The notes beneath the pieces are model-generated. The model made no database searches. It was not told the origin of the DNA and saw only the letters and a list, made by a program, of their open reading frames with translations. From the NCBI RefSeq assembly GCF_963921235.1, contig NC_086097.1, positions 150,786,001 through 150,850,000 on the forward strand: a stretch of DNA of 64,000 nt, read 5' to 3'. Source of the stretch: Mobula hypostoma. Its lineage: Eukaryota. Positions within the stretch are counted from its first letter, which is position 1. Each line of letters opens with the position of its first letter. Shown here one piece after another: positions 1-12,403 of the stretch. The translations under genes and the position numbers were made by a program.

Positions 1-441
1 CACCGTAGTGACAACTGTCAGTTATTTGAAAGAAGGGGGAAAGTTTTCAGTGTGTCTTCTCTGGCTAGGAGGGGGGCTAAATTGCTTGCAGTGCCAGGGG
101 GATCATTTCAGGGGATCAGCCCCTCCTTCAGTTGTTCAGCTGATCAGAGAGGTGTCGGGAAACTTAGTGGAGGCCCAGTGGGGGAACGGCTTGGGGTCTC
201 TGGGGAAGCATGTTCCCAGCAATGTACCAATGAACTTCCGAAAGGAAAAGACCCTATTCCTGAAGGCTTAGAGGGACCACGCCCCAGGGTGTCGTTACGG
301 ATAGAGGGAAGCGATGCTAAAGCCATCCTCGACCCCAGGGTGCAGGTCAAGTTGTTGTACAGTTTGTTTTGCAACCGATGTCTGAAGCATTTACCCTTGA
401 CAACCGCAAGGGCACCGGAGATTTTGGGTGCCAGTAGTTAA
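1..441 (+). mobile_element. Degenerate Gypsy-type LTR retrotransposon gag-protease fragment
   Basis: ORF 52..441 ends [35 protein letters not shown]...LKHLPLT. This resembles the aspartic protease region of fish Gypsy pol, with the AILDTG catalytic motif decayed to AILDPR. A decayed zinc-knuckle-like CLQCQGDHF lies upstream in another frame. Confidence 0.55.
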
Positions 442-1666
442 ACTAACAAAAACCACATAATTATAACATATAGTTACAACAGTGCAACAATACCAAAATT
501 TAATGAAGAACAGGCCATGGTCACAGTAAAAAAGTTCAAAGTTTCTCGAAAATCCCACATCTCACGCAGACGGGAGAAGGAAGAAAACTCTCCCTGCTAT
601 GCCCGACCACAGTCCAACTCTGAGTCGTCTGAAAACTTCAAGCCTCCGATCAACCCTCCGACACCAAGTACCGAGCACCATCTCTGCCGAACGCTTCGAC
701 CCCAGCCTTGGTCACCAGCAGCAAGCAAAGCCGGGGATTTTGGGGCCTTCCCTCCGGAGATTCTCGATCACACAGTAGCAGCAGCAGCGAACCGGGCATT
801 TCAGAAGTTTTCTCCAGATGTTCCTCTGTGCATCTCACATCTGTCTCCATCAAAGCAGAATTGTGCACGGCATCCTACTTACAAATACGATATCATTTCA
901 CCGGAGAGCTGCGCACACTGCGTCACGCCGCATCTTCTCCTCCCGTCTAATTTATAATAATTTTATGCTTTTATACTGTACTGCTGCCACAAAACAGCAA
1001 ATTTTATATTGCATAAATTAGTGATAATAAGTCTGATTCTGATACTTTTTATTTCAAATCTCCAGCATTCACATTATCTTGATTTTGCAATATACTACAT
1101 ATTTGTTGTTTCTTTTTTTTTAATTTTATTTTTATTTGAATAAGGAGTTCACAATTATCATGTACCTTTTTCACACATATAACCTTTTCCATTTTTTTAT
1201 ATGTATAAAACTACAATTATTTATACATTCTTAAGTACACATTGAGATGATATAAAAGCAAAATAAACATTTAAATAGATAATTATGTACTGTGGTAAAT
1301 CTAACCTATTAGGCTAAGTAATGAAATTAGTTGTTAAGAAAAATGGTAATAATAGTTTCCATACAACCCTTCTGGACCATTTCCACTGGTCCAAAATGTT
1401 GCATACAAGCCTATATACCAACCATTGTAGGCGTTTATATCCCAATTTGTTCGTGCTTGTTCCTGCCCGCAGACATAATTATCCAATCCCTATGTACTTA
1501 TTTACTTAATTTTTTCATTTTTTTTTAATCCCTTTCCCAAATCTTTCCCTTTACTTGTGTTAATTCTCTATTTTCCAAAAAAAAACAACAAACATTTAGA
1601 CTAGGGGTGCTTACCTTAGCAATATTACTGTGTTGATGAGAAGAGCGATATAAATCATTAGGAGAG

Positions 1667-4600
1667 TCATCTAAAGTCTGCTCGCATTGGGGTTATATAT
1701 TCAATCCATTTATTCCAGATTTGATAAAATGTTTCTTTTTGAGTTCTCAGGGAGTAGGTCAACTTTTCCATTTTAAATATTTCCAAGATAATTTCGTACC
1801 AATCTTCTAATGTAGGTGGTATTGGATTTAGCCATTTTCTAGTGATTGATTTCTTACTTGCCGCTAAGAGGGCCTGCAGCAACTTTATATCTTCCTTCTG
1901 TTCAAGGAACAATACATGCCCCAAATAGAGCGTCTCAAAGTTCAGAGGTATCTGGGACCTAAGTACCTTAACTAATGTTCTATGAATACCTTCCCAAAAT
2001 AGACTTAATTTAGGGCAATCCCAGAAAATATGAAAATGATTTGCCTCCTTGGAGCCGCACCTTCTCCAACACATCACATTTGTATCTTTATATTTTTCCT
2101 GATATGGGGTCTTGAAGTATCTTATAATGTTTTTCCAACAATGTTCTCTCCAAGTCAAAGAATTAGTCGAGGACCATTGAAAGCTGCAGATTTTCCCCCA
2201 AGCCTCCTCTGAAAGTACCAACCCCGCTTCTTTCTCCCACTTCTCTTTAATATACAGTGTATTTACATTTTTAGCATGGGAGAGTGCATTATATAGGCGA
2301 GAAACTGATTTACTAGGTATTGAACTGCAAGCCGAATTCAGAATCTTGAAAAATTCTAATTCTACTGTTGATAGGTCTGTATATCTACAACTCTGGTTAA
2401 CATAGTTTCGTATTTGAAGGTACCTAAAAAAGTCATTATGCTCTAGGCCATGTTTGTCCTGCAGGATTTGGAAACTTTGTAATACTCTTTTATCTATAAA
2501 TGAGAGGTAGGTTGTAAGACCTTTCTTTATCCATAGCTCAAATCTTTTATCTCCTCTGTTGGGAAGGAATTCGGTATCATATGCACACCATCTAAAGAGT
2601 TTTAGCATGTTATTAATTCCACATGAGTTAACCACCTTCTGCCATACTTTTAATGTAAGATTTATCCAAGCATTATTAAATTTTTCCAACTGGGCCATCA
2701 ATCTTTTGTCAGCTATTGAGGCCTGAAGAGGAAAACTGTCAACTAATCCAAATTCTATTTCCTTCCATCTAGCCTTATATTCCCTATTACACCAATATAA
2801 CAGAGGGGTTATCTGTGAGGCATAAAAATAATTTCTCAGGCAAGGAAGAACCATACCTCCTCTTTCCTTCCCTAACTGTAAGGTGTTATATCGAATTCTA
2901 GGTTTCCTTCCTTGCCAAAAGAAGCGGGAAATCCATTTGTCCCATTCCCTGAATTGATTATCATCCACCTCCACTGGTAAAGTACGGAAAAGATACAATA
3001 ACCGAGGAAGAATATTCATTTTTATAGTATTTATCCTTGAATTTAAACTTAAAAAGGGGATAAGATTCCATCTATGCATATCTGCTTTTATCTCTGAGAT
3101 TAATGGCCCATAATTTACCTGTGACAGTGTTGAAAGATCCTTCGGCAGGGTTATTCCTAAATATTTTAATGATTTAGCTTCCCACTTAAGATCGTATGTA
3201 TCCTGCAATTTTTTGGATGGTGTATAATTTAGGGATATAACCTGCGTTTTCTTTACATTTATTTTATAACCTGATATTTTCCCAAAGTCATCCAACAGTG
3301 TAAACAATCCTATAAATGATTTTTCTGGTTCACTCAGATAGACCAAAACATCATCTGCGAATAACGCCACTTTCTGTTCAATCCCTGCCACCTTGATACC
3401 TTTTACGATTTTGCTCTGTCTTATTAGTTGGGCAAGTGATTCAATATATAGCGCAAAAAGGAGAGGAGAAATTGGGCATCCCTGTCTAGTGCCTCTCTCT
3501 AAAATGAAGGAGTCAGAGAGGTCCCCATTTATCTTAATTCGGGCTGTTGGGCTGTCATACAGAGTCTGAATTACTTTAATAAACCTTTCTTGAAAGCCGA
3601 ATCTTCCTAACACTCTGTATAGGAATGCCCAACTAACCGAATCAAAAGCTTTCTCAGCATCCAATCCTACTACCATTGTCTCTGTCTCGTTCTTATTAAC
3701 CTGTTCTAATATGTGCAGAGTTCTCCTTATGTTGTCCTGTGTTTGTCTTTGTTGAATAAATCCAGTCTGGTCTAAATGGATTAGGCCAGGTAAAAGCTTT
3801 TCCAATCTGCGCGCTAATATAGATGTAAATAGTTTGTAATCTAAATTAAGAACACTAATTGGCCGATAATTGCCACATTCTAGTTTATCTTTACCCTCTT
3901 TAGGAATAACTGAAATAATCGCTTCTCTCCAGGAAGGTGGAGTTTCTCCTCTCTGCAAGATCCAATTAAAGGTGTTAAGTAGTAATGGGGCTAACTGTGT
4001 CTTCAGGGACTTGTACCACTCTGAGGTAAACCCATCAGAACCTTGGGACTTTCCAGCCTTTAACCTAGAGATGGCCACGTTCAGTTCTTTGACAGTTACT
4101 GGTTCTAATAAACTTTCATTTTGTAAATCTGTAAGTTTAGGTAGATCTAAAAAATTCAATACACTGTCTATATAGGGCTCATTGGGGGCCCGGGGTTGGG
4201 AGTACAGCTCTCGATAATACGTTTCAAAACTCTCTTGAATTTTCCCTATTGTACTCTCCACAAGCTTTGTCTTTGGATTCTTTATTTTATGAATTGTATT
4301 GTCTGCTTGTTGTTTTTGTAATTTATATGCTAATAATCTAGCTGATTTACCTCCTACTTCATAATTCTTTTGTCTCAGGTAAAGAAAATTTCTTTGAGTT
4401 TCCAACGTATAAATATCATCAATTTCACTTTGCAATTTCCTAATTTCCTGTTTTCGATTTGAATTACTTTTGTTGCTATCTCCAACTTGAAGTTGTTTTA
4501 ATTTTCCTTGAAGGTCTGCTAATTTTTGTGCATTGATTTTTTTCATGTGAGTAGTAATGGAAATAATTTTCCCTCTCAGTACAGCTTTCAATGTATCCCA

Positions 4601-5443
4601 TAAAATCACTGGTGATGTTTCTCCCATGTCATTAAGGTCTAGATATTCTTTGATTTCTCCCCTTAATCTCTCCATTACTTTTGGGTTATTAAGTATATGT
4701 GAGTTTAGCCTCCATAGTGTTTTCCTCATTTTCCTTTCCAAGATTAGAGACATAGAGACTGGGCTATGATCCGACAGATCAATTGTTGCAATATTACAGT
4801 TTTTTATCCTGAGTCTATCTGTATAAAAGATAAAGAAATAGTCTATCCTTGAATAGGCTGAATGAGGGAAAGAGTAATATGTATAATCTTTACTAGTAGG
4901 GTGTAATTCCCTCCAGACATCTATAATTCCCAACTCCTCCATCAATGAATTCACTTTCCGAGTCAGAGGTTTATTCTGAGTAACTATTCTTGAAGAATCT
5001 AATATAGGATTTAATCTAATATTAAAATCCCCTCCACAAATTACTACCCCTCGAGAACTGACCATTAGGTCAAAAATGTGTCTATAAAATGACCATTCAC
5101 TACCTGGAGGAGCATAAACATTCAGCAATGTTATTTCTGTACCTTCTATTCTTCCTGTGATTTTTACAAACCGTCCTTCTTTGTCTCTAGTCTCTGAAAT
5201 ATGTTCATAATTAAGAGTACTTGATATTAAAGTAGCTACCCCTCTTTTGTGACTCAATTTATATGATGAATAAAATACATGCTTAAAGCCCATTCCATGT
5301 TCAGATTGGCTCATATGTGTTTCCTGGAGGAAAACTATTTGTGCCCTCTCTTTTTTCAATTTAGACATAATCTTATTTCTTTTAATTGGATTCAAAACCC
5401 CATTAATATTATAGGAAATTATTTTTACCAATTCAGTTTGCAT
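1667..5443 (-). CDS. L1 ORF2p: APE endonuclease, reverse transcriptase and C-terminal CCHC knuckle (1258 aa)
   Basis: EN motifs SYNING, QETH, NVYAP, GDFN, SRIDY, SDH. RT motifs [25 protein letters not shown]-terminal CWRRC...HIFWDC. The frame is uninterrupted. Confidence 0.95.
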   Translation of the reverse strand: MQTELVKIISYNINGVLNPIKRNKIMSKLKKERAQIVFLQETHMSQSEHGMGFKHVFYSSYKLSHKRGVATLISSTLNYEHISETRDKEGRFVKITGRIEGTEITLLNVYAPPGSEWSFYRHIFDLMVSSRGVVICGGDFNIRLNPILDSSRIVTQNKPLTRKVNSLMEELGIIDVWRELHPTSKDYTYYSFPHSAYSRIDYFFIFYTDRLRIKNCNIATIDLSDHSPVSMSLILERKMRKTLWRLNSHILNNPKVMERLRGEIKEYLDLNDMGETSPVILWDTLKAVLRGKIISITTHMKKINAQKLADLQGKLKQLQVGDSNKSNSNRKQEIRKLQSEIDDIYTLETQRNFLYLRQKNYEVGGKSARLLAYKLQKQQADNTIHKIKNPKTKLVESTIGKIQESFETYYRELYSQPRAPNEPYIDSVLNFLDLPKLTDLQNESLLEPVTVKELNVAISRLKAGKSQGSDGFTSEWYKSLKTQLAPLLLNTFNWILQRGETPPSWREAIISVIPKEGKDKLECGNYRPISVLNLDYKLFTSILARRLEKLLPGLIHLDQTGFIQQRQTQDNIRRTLHILEQVNKNETETMVVGLDAEKAFDSVSWAFLYRVLGRFGFQERFIKVIQTLYDSPTARIKINGDLSDSFILERGTRQGCPISPLLFALYIESLAQLIRQSKIVKGIKVAGIEQKVALFADDVLVYLSEPEKSFIGLFTLLDDFGKISGYKINVKKTQVISLNYTPSKKLQDTYDLKWEAKSLKYLGITLPKDLSTLSQVNYGPLISEIKADMHRWNLIPFLSLNSRINTIKMNILPRLLYLFRTLPVEVDDNQFREWDKWISRFFWQGRKPRIRYNTLQLGKERGGMVLPCLRNYFYASQITPLLYWCNREYKARWKEIEFGLVDSFPLQASIADKRLMAQLEKFNNAWINLTLKVWQKVVNSCGINNMLKLFRWCAYDTEFLPNRGDKRFELWIKKGLTTYLSFIDKRVLQSFQILQDKHGLEHNDFFRYLQIRNYVNQSCRYTDLSTVELEFFKILNSACSSIPSKSVSRLYNALSHAKNVNTLYIKEKWEKEAGLVLSEEAWGKICSFQWSSTNSLTWREHCWKNIIRYFKTPYQEKYKDTNVMCWRRCGSKEANHFHIFWDCPKLSLFWEGIHRTLVKVLRSQIPLNFETLYLGHVLFLEQKEDIKLLQALLAASKKSITRKWLNPIPPTLEDWYEIILEIFKMEKLTYSLRTQKETFYQIWNKWIEYITPMRADFR

Positions 5444-5805
5444 TTTGCTCTAGTAGAAAAAAAGTACTCTCCTTTTCTAACCAAACAGTAAGCAATCCCT
5501 TCTCAACAGTAAACCAAGACATATAACCACACCCTAGACATTTCTGAACGTATAACATTTGAAAATTTTCCCCGACTTCCCACAGTGAGGCCTGAGCACC
5601 GACCCGCCTCAGTTCAGAGGGATAACCTCTATTTTCACCCTGTGTTAGAGGGCCCTCAGCAGTTTGAATAATCATAGAGAATTTTCTCCTATTTATGTCT
5701 CGACCATATTGCTATCATTCAAGTTATTCCGCCTAGATTATTTTCAGTTACCAGTTTTCATTTTACTTTTAAGTCCGATTTACTCTTTTCAGTCATTTCT
5801 CTTAA

Positions 5806-6792
5806 TTAATCTGTATTCTCTGTACATTCGCGTCTGAATATTTGCAGCTTTTCCTTGTAGTTTGACACTCTGGTTCGAGTGGAGCGTCCTCGCCCCACTA
5901 ACTGCCACGACTTCTGCCGAATCCTCTCCAGTAGCGACTCCGGTTGGGTGATAACTTTAATAGGTAGTCCCCGGTCCGCCAGGTCCAACGTTGCCTCCTC
6001 CACCGTAGCGTAAGTTTTTGTCCCTTCGTCGTAAAAGACTCTCAGCCGAGCTGGATACAGGGTCTGGAATCTGATGTTGTTTTCCTTCAGGACACTCCGT
6101 GTTTCCGTATATTCCTTCCGTCTGGCAAGAATCCCCGGTGCGTAGTCGTGGTCTAAACTGATTTTACAGTTGTTCCACACGAAACCTTTCTTTTGCCATG
6201 CTCTTTTAAGCACCTCTTCCTTCGTTCTGTAGCTGAGAAATCTGACCAGAATCGATCTGGGCTGGGTGCCTGCCGGGGGCTGTGGTGCCAACGCGCGGTG
6301 AGCCCTTTCTATCTGTAGGTCTTTTGCGGCCGGTATATCAAGGTTCTCTCTAAGCAGCTTCTCCACGAAGGGAATCATCAATCCGGGTTTACCTTCGGTT
6401 CCTTCGGGAACTCCGTAGATCCTCACATTTTCCCTTCTCGAGCGGCCTTCTTGATCTATTAGTTTCCACTGGAGTTGGTCTTGTAGCTTCAGCATTTCTG
6501 CTATCACCGCCTCTGTATTTTGTAGCTTCTCTTCAATTCCAACAATCCTCGCTTCGGCTTCATCTATCCGCGAGTTAGTTTTTACTATTTCTCCTTTAAT
6601 ATCTTCCAGCTGTTTGCTGTTATCTTGTCGGAACTCGCGAATCTCTCCGAGAATCAAAGACAGAGTCACCGATTCCCCCTCATTATCTCCGTCCTGGCTT
6701 GCCGTGGGGGAGCTAGGCCCGTCACCTTGCTGCATCTCTTTATGTTTATCAGCCTTCGAAGCGGACTTTTTATTCTTGTTCTTAGACATCAT
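5806..6792 (-). CDS. L1 ORF1p RNA-binding protein (328 aa)
   Basis: Basic N-terminus and coiled-coil heptads, then EGRSRRENVRIYGVPE, IERAHR and YPARL motifs typical of the L1 ORF1p RRM/CTD. Lies upstream of ORF2 on the same strand. Confidence 0.92.
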   Translation of the reverse strand: MMSKNKNKKSASKADKHKEMQQGDGPSSPTASQDGDNEGESVTLSLILGEIREFRQDNSKQLEDIKGEIVKTNSRIDEAEARIVGIEEKLQNTEAVIAEMLKLQDQLQWKLIDQEGRSRRENVRIYGVPEGTEGKPGLMIPFVEKLLRENLDIPAAKDLQIERAHRALAPQPPAGTQPRSILVRFLSYRTKEEVLKRAWQKKGFVWNNCKISLDHDYAPGILARRKEYTETRSVLKENNIRFQTLYPARLRVFYDEGTKTYATVEEATLDLADRGLPIKVITQPESLLERIRQKSWQLVGRGRSTRTRVSNYKEKLQIFRRECTENTD

Positions 6793-7218
6793 CCTTGCCC
6801 CTTTTATTAATATAGTTATGCAATATTAAGTATTTGTCTAAATTCGATTTTGGGGCAGTTTACCTTCTTTTTTGTCGAGAGACCTTTTCCTTACGCCGCC
6901 ATTCCCTTGATGACCCATATTTGTTGTTTCATTCAACCTTCATTCCTCTAATTCTTAACAATTATAAGAATAACTTATTAAAAAAGCTGGCATGGTTTTG
7001 TGCTGATTAGTTAATATTGATCAATTGATATAACAGGAAATCTACAGCTCACATGATGACTGTGTGGTGGAGAAGGGTAGTCAACTCAGACTCCACTCCT
7101 ATTAATAAGCTTTGTGCAGTGACTCCTGGGAGTAAATATGCATAATTGAATGCCCCAGCGAGGACATTGATCCTAGTGGAAGAGTTGAGGAGATTTGTTG
7201 AACAATTTCAATGGGTCT

Positions 7219-7330
7219 AAAAGCAAATAGCTGGAAAAATCTAATATGTCAGGCAGCATCTGTGTAGGCAAAAGGATGGACTACACAGATCTTTCCTGAC
7301 CTGTTGAGTTCCTCCAGAAGTTTGCTTTTT
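7219..7330. repeat. Miniature imperfect inverted repeat made of two PLE 3'-tail remnants
   Basis: Left arm AAAAGCAAATAGCTGG...GCATCTGTGTAG is imperfectly reverse-complementary to right arm CTACACAGATC...CCTCCAGAAGTTTGCTTTT over ~49 bp. Both arms resemble the GATGCTGCCTGACCTGCTGAGTTCCTCCAGCA tail seen elsewhere in the window. Confidence 0.55.
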
Positions 7331-8224
7331 CCTGCGAAGTCCAGCGTCTCTTGTGTCTCTATTGTAAATGGGTGCCCTTCGGCTTTTGAATGAGCCACAT
7401 AGATGCTGATGTAACGGGTCCTTATTTGACACATGCAGACATGTAGGAAGAATCTCTAGGTACCAATACCTAAATTTAAAGCACACTTAGATTTTATATT
7501 CTTTAAGCGCTAGGATAACAGCAGGAGATTAAAAATTATGGTTCTATAGAATTACATACTTACTATGGGAGCACACCATATCCGACAAGAACATCTTTTG
7601 TTCAAAAATAAAAATAATTCACGTGGATGGTCTAAAAGATTCTGGGGACAGCAGCCCAGAGCACATCTGACTATGTCTATATTTGACTTGCTAAAGGCAA
7701 AGGAGCCAGTCTGCAACCTTCCTTGATCTCATCCTGGGGATTTCAGTGACAGCTAATTAACATAGCTCCGTGGTCTGTATTCCTGGCCAATGTAAACAAG
7801 TGTGTCTCACAGTCATGTTAGTTTCATGTCAGTTTCCAAAGCAAACCTTTTAAGTGGCCTCCTGCTGTGAGCTAGCAGTTAGCTCTCTTCAGAGAACAGC
7901 CCTTTTATTTTCAGAACTAATTAATATGTACATTATATTTGAAATAGAAGACTAGTTCTCATTTGGCTGGATGCATGGTTCATCTGTTGGCGTGCTACTT
8001 CTACTTATGCTGGGCTTCTATGTGCTCCTGATGAATGGATTCGCGGTTCTCAGTATGATTGCTCCTCTAAATCTGGGCCTTCTGCAACTTCTCCATCGAA
8101 CATCTCTTCAGTAGGTCTGTGGTTTTCTACTGGTCTTTCTGAGGAAAGGTGCAGCCTTTAATCCAGGATTGTGTTACATTTTCAGCTAATTAGATACAGT
8201 ACTCATTCTCCCAGTCATTCTCAT

Positions 8225-8305
8225 CGAAGTAATCCTGATGAAAGGCCTTGGCCCAAAATAGATGCTGCCTGAGCTGCTGAGTTCCTCCAGCATTTTGTGT
8301 GAGTT
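8225..8305 (+). repeat. Decayed PLE 3' tail remnant
   Basis: CCTGATGAAAGGCCTTGGCCCAAAA...GATGCTGCCTGAGCTGCTGAGTTCCTCCAGCATTTTGTGTG matches the other PLE tails. Confidence 0.6.
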
Positions 8306-8950
8306 ACTCCTTGAGGAGTCAGGAGTCTCTTTATAGGTGCAATTATGCAGGGCCTCAAAGGAGCCTGTAAGATGAGGATGCTTTGAGGTTTCCGTAATTT
8401 GGGAATTCACAGCTTGGCTGTGAGGCATTGTCTGAAAAATCTGCCTTGCCCTGGTCTAGAAATCTTTGACATTGGTTTTCTGCTGGCAACACACAGATGT
8501 TTTGTGACCATGATGATCAAGACATTAGAGCAGATTAATAAGGGCCGGTGGTCAGTCCAGCAGCTATTGTTACCTGCCATGGTGTGGAGGATATGGATAT
8601 CCTTACAGTACCTCACTCAAAAGACAGTGTCATCTAACTTGTGACTGCTATGGTTAATACCACGACATATTGTGGTTGTCCCTCACCTGAAACAGGATGC
8701 TTGTTGTGATATGGCAACATCTCCTAGCATTTTGTAATGAGGAAGGTGCCAATGCAGTTCACCTCTTCTACTCTATTCTGGCTGATTGTTGTGACTGTGA
8801 TCGAAGTCACTGGAGAGGCACTGAAGCTGTTGATGTAGAAGTCTTTATTCGTCACAATAAACAGGTATTATTAGAACCATAGAACCATTGAAACTACAGC
8901 ACAGAAACAGGCCTGTTGGCCCTTCTTGGCTGTGCCGAACCATTTTCTGC

Positions 8951-11878
8951 CTAGTCCCACTGACCTGCACACGGACCATATCCCTCCATACACCTCCCAT
9001 CCATGTATCTGTCCAATTTATTCTTAAATGTTAAAAAAGAACCCGCATTTACCACCTCATCTGGCAGCTCATTCCATACTCCCACCACTCTCTGTGTGAA
9101 GAAGCCCCCACTAATGTTCCCTTTAAACTTTTCCCCCCTCACCCTTAACCCATGTCCTCTGGTTTTTTTCTCCCTTTGCCTCAGTGGAAAAAGCCTGCTT
9201 GCATTCACTCTATCTATACCCATCATAATTTTATATACCTCTATCAAATCTCCCCTCATTCTTCTATGCTCCAGGGAATAAAGTCCTAACCTATTCAACC
9301 TTTCTCTGTAACTGAGTTTCTCAAGTCCCGACAACATCCTTGTAAACCTTCTCTGCACTCTTTCAACCTTATTTATATCCTTCCTGTAATTTGGTGACCA
9401 AAACTGAACACAATACTCCAGATCCGACCTCACCAATGCCTTATACAACCTCATCATAACATTCCAGCTCTTATACTCAATACTTTGATTAATAAAGGCC
9501 AATGTACCAAAAGCTCTCTTTACGACCCTATCTATCTGTGACGCCACTTTTAGGGAATTTTGTATCTGTATTCCCAGATCCCTCTGTTCTACTGCACTCC
9601 TCAGTGCCTTACCATTAACCCTGTATGTTCTACCTTGGTTTGTCCTTCCAACGTGCAATACCTCACACTCATCTGTATTAAACTCCATCTGCCATTTTTC
9701 AGCCCATTTTTCCAGCTGGTCCAAGTCCCTCTGCAGGCTCTGAAAACCTTCCTCACTGTCTACTACACCTCCAGTCTTTGTATCATCAGCAAATTTGCTG
9801 ATCCAATTTACCACATTATCATCCAGATCATTGATATTGATGACAAATAACAATGGATCCAGCAGTGATCCCTATGGCACACCACTAGTCACAGGCCTCC
9901 ACTCAGAGAAGCAATTCTCTACTACCACTCTTTGGTTTCTTCCATTGAGCCAATGTCTAATCCAATTTACCACCTCTCCATGTATACCTAGCGACTGAAT
10001 TTTCCTAACTAACCTCCCATGCGGGACCTTGTCAAAGGCCTTACTGAAATCCATGTAGACAATACCCACTGCCTTCCTTTCATCCACTTTCCTGGTAACC
10101 TCCTCAAAAAACTCCAATAGATTGGTCAAACATGACCTACTACGCACAAAGCCATGTTGACTCTCCCTAATAAGTCCCTGTTTATCCAAATGCTTGTAGA
10201 TTCTGTCTCTTAGAACTCCCTCCAATAACTTACCTACTACCGACGTTAAACTTACCGGCCTATAATTTCCCAGATTACTTTTCAATCCTTTTTTAAACAA
10301 CGGAACAACATGAGCTACTCTCCAATCCTCCGGCACCTCACCCGTAGACAGCGACATTTTAAATAGTTCTGCCAGGGCCCCCGCAATTTCAACACTAGTC
10401 TCCTTCAAGGTCCGAGGGAACACCCTGTCAGGTCCCGGGGATTTATCCACTTTAATTTTCCTCAAGACAGCAAGCACCTCCTCCTTTTCAATCTGTACAG
10501 TTTCCATGATCTCACTACTTGATTCCCTTAATTCCATAGACTTCATGCCAGTTTCCTTAGTAAATACAGACGCAAAAAACCTATTTAAGATCTCCCCCAT
10601 TTCCTTTGGTTCCGCACACAGCCGACCACTCTGATCTTCAAGAGGACCAATTTTATCCCTTACAATCCTTTTGCTCTTAATATACTTGTAAAAGCTCTTT
10701 GGATTATCCTTCACTTTGACTGCCAAGGTAACCTCATGTCTTCTTTTAGCCCTCCTGATTATTTTCTTAAGTATTTTCTTGCATTTCTTATACTCTTCAA
10801 GCACCTGATTTACTCCCTGTTTCCTATATATTTCATACAACTCCCTCTTCTTCTTTATCAGAGTTGCAATATCCCTTGAGAACCAAGGTTCCTTATTCCT
10901 ATTTACTTTGCCTTTAATCCTGACAGGAACATACAAACTCTGCACTCTCAAAATTTCTCCTTTGAAGGCTTCCCACCTACCAATCATATCTTTGCCAGAG
11001 AACAACCTGTCCCAATCCACGCTTTTTAGATCCTTTCTCATTTCTTCAAATTTGGCCTTCTTCCAGTTCAGAACCTCAGCCCTAGGACCAGATCTATCGT
11101 TGTCCATGATCAAATTGAAACTAATGGTGTTATGATCACTGGAACCAAAGTGCTCCCCTACACAGACTTCCGTCACTTGTCCTAACTCGTTTCCTAACAG
11201 GAGATCCAATATTGCATCCCCTCCAGTTGGTCCCTCTATATATTGATTTAGAAAACTTTCCTGAACACATTTTACAAACTCTAAACCATCTAGACCCCTA
11301 ACAGTATGGGAGTCCCAATCAATATATGGAAAATTAAAATCCCCTACCACCACAACTTTATGTTTCCTGCAGTTGCCTGCTATCTCTCTGCAGATTTGCT
11401 CTTCCAAGTCTCGTTGACTATTGGGTGGTCTGTAATACAATCCCACTAATGTGGCCATACCTTTCCTGTTTTACAGTTCCACCCATAAGGACTCAGTAGA
11501 CAACCCCTCTAATCTGTCCTGCCTGAGCACTGCTGTAATATTTTCCCTAACAAGCAATGCTACTCCCCCACCTTTCATTCCTCTGCCTCGATCACATCTG
11601 AAACATCGGAACCCTGGAATATTAAGCTGCCAGTCCTGCCCCTCCTGTAGCCAAGTTTCACTAATTGCTATAACGTCATAATTCCATGTGTCAATCCACG
11701 CCCTCAACTCATCCGCCTTCCCCGCAATACTCCTAGCATTGAAATATATACACCTCAGAAGATTTTTACCACCACTCACAACCTTTCTATTAGCGGATTT
11801 GCTTGAACTTCTAACATCATTTATTTTCACCCCAGCCACACTGTCAGCTCTGGCACTCTGGTTCCCATCCCCCTGCAA
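8951..11878 (-). pseudogene. CR1 ORF2 (endonuclease + RT) with two in-frame premature stops
   Basis: The three ORF pieces share one frame. Motifs: YFNARS, ISETW, YYRPP, VGDFN, SSDH, KSPGPD, NYRPVSLTS, YMDFSKAFD, FADD, RDLG. Confidence 0.9.
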
Positions 11879-11880
11879 AT

Positions 11881-12403
11881 CTAGTTTAAAGCCTCCCCAA
11901 CAGCACTAACAAACCTCCCTGAAAGGATATTGGTCCCCCTGTGGTTCAAGTGTAACCCATCTCTCTTGTACAGGTCCCATCTGCCCCAGAAGAGGTCCCA
12001 ATGATCCTGAAATCTGAAACCCTGCCCCCTACACCAGTTCCTCAGCCACTTGTCCCACCTCCAGAGCATCCTATTCCTACCCTCATTGGCACCTAGCACA
12101 GGTAGCAATCCTGAGATTACCACCCTTGAGGTCCTGCTTTTCAACTTCCTACCAAGCTCTCTATACTCACTCTCCAGGACCTCCTCACTCTTCCTTGCTA
12201 TGTCATTGGTACCGATGCGCACCACAACCCTCCCACTTCAGAATGTCATGCAAGTGATCAAAGACGTCCCTGACCCTGGCACCAGGGAGGCAACAAACCA
12301 TCCTGGATTCTCTGTCACGACCACAGAACCTCCTATCTGCACCTCTAACTATCGAGTCCCCTATCACTACCGCTCTCCTCTTTTTCCACCCTCCTTTCTG
12401 CAC
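11881..12403 (-). pseudogene. CR1 ORF1 SGNH/GDSL esterase domain remnant (frameshifted)
   Basis: VVIGDSIVRG, CLPGARV, IGTNDI and RDGLHLN blocks split across ORFs 12203..12403 and 11881..12225. Confidence 0.85.

Larger units (their letters stand above)
1113..6915 (-). mobile_element. Full-length L1 (LINE-1) retrotransposon, ~5.8 kb
   Basis: Two open ORFs and a T-rich (poly-A) tail from 1113. A perfect 15-bp target site duplication CATATTTGTTGTTTC sits at 1098-1112 and 6916-6930. Confidence 0.95.

Noticed and set aside
517..957. 146-aa ORF
   Set aside because: No recognisable motif. The segment looks like a non-coding repeat lying between TE fragments, and I cannot assign its family.
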